Assembly: GCA_963702845.1 (NCBI GenBank)
Contig: OY969763.1
Location: 3,936,001-4,000,000 of the forward strand
Direction of reading: 5' to 3'
Origin: an uncultured Verrucomicrobiae bacterium
GTDB taxonomy: Bacteria; Verrucomicrobiota; Verrucomicrobiia; Limisphaerales; Palsa-1400
DNA length: 64,000 nt
Below are positions 62,315-64,000 of the stretch, one piece after another. How positions within the stretch are numbered: position 1 is the first letter of the stretch; the number at the start of each line of letters is the position of its first letter. The position numbers were made by a program, and so were the translations under genes. The notes below the pieces were generated by a model. The model did not search any database. It saw only the letters and a program-made list of their open reading frames with translations, and was not told where the DNA came from.

Positions 62315-64000
62315 ATGATTGGCAAGAGAGTGTTCGCTTTGGTCCTCGGGATTTGCGGGATGTTGGTTTCCGGAAACATCGCGATCGCCCAAACCCAATT
62401 AGTCGGTAACAGCGGTTTTGAAACGGGAATCGCCACTCCGTGGGTACTGGGCGGATCGGTCGTTGCGAACAACGGTTACGCTCACAACGGCACTTATTTG
62501 CTTTGGCTCGGCGGCATGTCTCGCTGGAACGACTCCGCATATCAGACAGTGACTATCCCGATGGCGATTTCGTCGGCCACTTTGTCGTTCTATTACAATA
62601 TTAGCAGCGCCGAAACGAACACGTCGGCTCTCGATACTTTCACCGCCACGATTCAGGACACGAACGGCGCTGTGCTCGCGACCATCGGAAACTGGTCAAA
62701 CCTCAATCGCGATCCAGCTCCGGGCAATCCGAATTATCACCAGCAAATCTTTAACCTCACCGCCTACGCGGGCAAAACGGTTCGGATCGCTTTCGCCAGT
62801 CAAAACAACGCCACGTTGGTCACCAGCTTTTTTGTCGACGATGTCACGGTGCAAACGACAGCCGCAACTGGCCCAGCCGATTTGATGCCACAGAAAATAT
62901 TCCTCATGCCAACTCCAGCCCTGGCCGGCGGTCAACTTACCGTGATGTATACAGTCGCGAACATTGGGGGCACGGCTGCACCAGCGAGCCATACGAAGAT
63001 TCAAGTCATCGATTCAGCCAACAACGTTTTGAACCAGCAGATTTTCTCGACTGCTCCCGTGGCTACAGCCGCTTCGACCAACGAAATGCATAACATGAGT
63101 TTGGTTGGTGCAACCGCGGGCAGTTACACCGTCGTCGTCACAGCGGATTGCAATGGTGAGGCGGGTCAAACGAACAGGAGCAACGACGTAAGCACGCCTG
63201 CGCCTCTGACGGTGCAACCAGGTGCCGGTCTGGTCATTCATCCCATTTACGATGCGACGATTACCAACGACCCGAATTCTGCGGTGATTCAGAACGCCAT
63301 TAATGCCGCCATCGCAAGTTACGAGTGGCAGTTTTCCGATCCGATCACCGTGAACATTCAGTTTTCCAAAATGACGAATGGACTCGGGCAAAGTTCAACT
63401 TATGGGGGCACGATTGCGTATTCAGATTTTGTGACAGCCCTTGCGGGTGATTCAATGACGACCAATGACGCGATTGCTCTGAATTATTTGTCGGCAGGCA
63501 CGGGTAATCCGGTCAACGGCAATCCATCCATCACGTTGACCACCGCGAATCTGCGTGCGCTCGGCATCAATGTGAGTCCCCCAAATAATCAGCTGGACAG
63601 CTACATCGCGTTGAATTTTTCGATCATGAACCTGACGCGCGCGAACGTAGATCCAACCAAATATGATCTATCGTCGGTGGTGCAGCATGAGATCGATGAG
63701 GCGCTCGGCCTTACATCGTCGTTGAACAACTTGAATAATGGTGCGCCAACTCCGACCGGTGCCATCCGCGTGATGGATTTGTTCCGCTATGATCAATACG
63801 GAGCGCGCAGTTTTAACACGGCATCGAATTCCCAATCATACCTATCGATTGATGGCGGCACGACGGACCTCGTTCGCTTCAATCAAACGCAAGTCGGCGA
63901 TTTCCAGGATTCGGTACAGCGGCACCGGTCACACGCCACGCGTGCAGGATGCATGGGGCATGCCGGGCGCAACGCCAAATCTCGGCGTGGAACTGATCGC
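62315..64000 (+). CDS. Paralog of the preceding protease, truncated by the window edge (frameshift near 63912)
   Basis: ATG 62315 MIGKRVFALVLG..., NSGFE, FSDPITVNI, VVQHEIDEALG, MDLFRYDQ. Absent from the ORF track because there is no stop before the edge. Confidence 0.8.
   Translation, partial: MIGKRVFALVLGICGMLVSGNIAIAQTQLVGNSGFETGIATPWVLGGSVVANNGYAHNGTYLLWLGGMSRWNDSAYQTVTIPMAISSATLSFYYNISSAETNTSALDTFTATIQDTNGAVLATIGNWSNLNRDPAPGNPNYHQQIFNLTAYAGKTVRIAFASQNNATLVTSFFVDDVTVQTTAATGPADLMPQKIFLMPTPALAGGQLTVMYTVANIGGTAAPASHTKIQVIDSANNVLNQQIFSTAPVATAASTNEMHNMSLVGATAGSYTVVVTADCNGEAGQTNRSNDVSTPAPLTVQPGAGLVIHPIYDATITNDPNSAVIQNAINAAIASYEWQFSDPITVNIQFSKMTNGLGQSSTYGGTIAYSDFVTALAGDSMTTNDAIALNYLSAGTGNPVNGNPSITLTTANLRALGINVSPPNNQLDSYIALNFSIMNLTRANVDPTKYDLSSVVQHEIDEALGLTSSLNNLNNGAPTPTGAIRVMDLFRYDQYGARSFNTASNSQSYLSIDGGTTDLVRFNQTQVGDFQDSVQRHRSHATRAGCMGHAGRNAKSRRGTDR

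Overview
Gene-dense bacterial chromosomal window. Gene content and protein style (PSCyt1-type cytochrome, extended ECF sigma, Thr/Asn-rich Ig and CARDB exoproteins, split type II secretion cluster) suggest a Verrucomicrobiota (Pedosphaera-like) genome; this is inference. Many conserved genes carry single-base frameshifts, densest at 44.8-49.1 kb, which most likely reflects an under-polished long-read assembly. In order: DUF47-PiT-PPK2 phosphate locus; membrane-extended ECF sigma; tRNA-Gly(TCC); two ABC permeases with tsaB/tsaE/thiL and a CAAX protease; a cytochrome c/FGE-like + Tat Gfo/Idh/MocA + ApbE + sulfatase redox cluster; an ECF operon; an HPF-sigma-like fusion; two paralogous putative glycoside-processing enzymes; acnA with a structured 1-kb upstream intergenic region; an MlaEFD/PqiC operon; a receptor-less TonB/ExbB/ExbD module; a large Ig-repeat exoprotein; gspE-L-M-D and gspF-H-I-J-K; nadB; panC; an IS481-family element; a histidine kinase; and two tandem CARDB/HExxE metalloproteases. 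No CRISPR array or rRNA was seen. Best candidates for undescribed biology: (1) a periplasmic ApbE-linked electron-transfer module with a non-canonical candidate flavinylation site (DAVTRPT) and heme-less mini-cytochrome repeats; (2) a boxA-containing structured non-coding region upstream of acnA; (3) a shared C-terminal domain on exoproteins flanking the T2SS; (4) an eroded His-rich leader ORF upstream of tonB.
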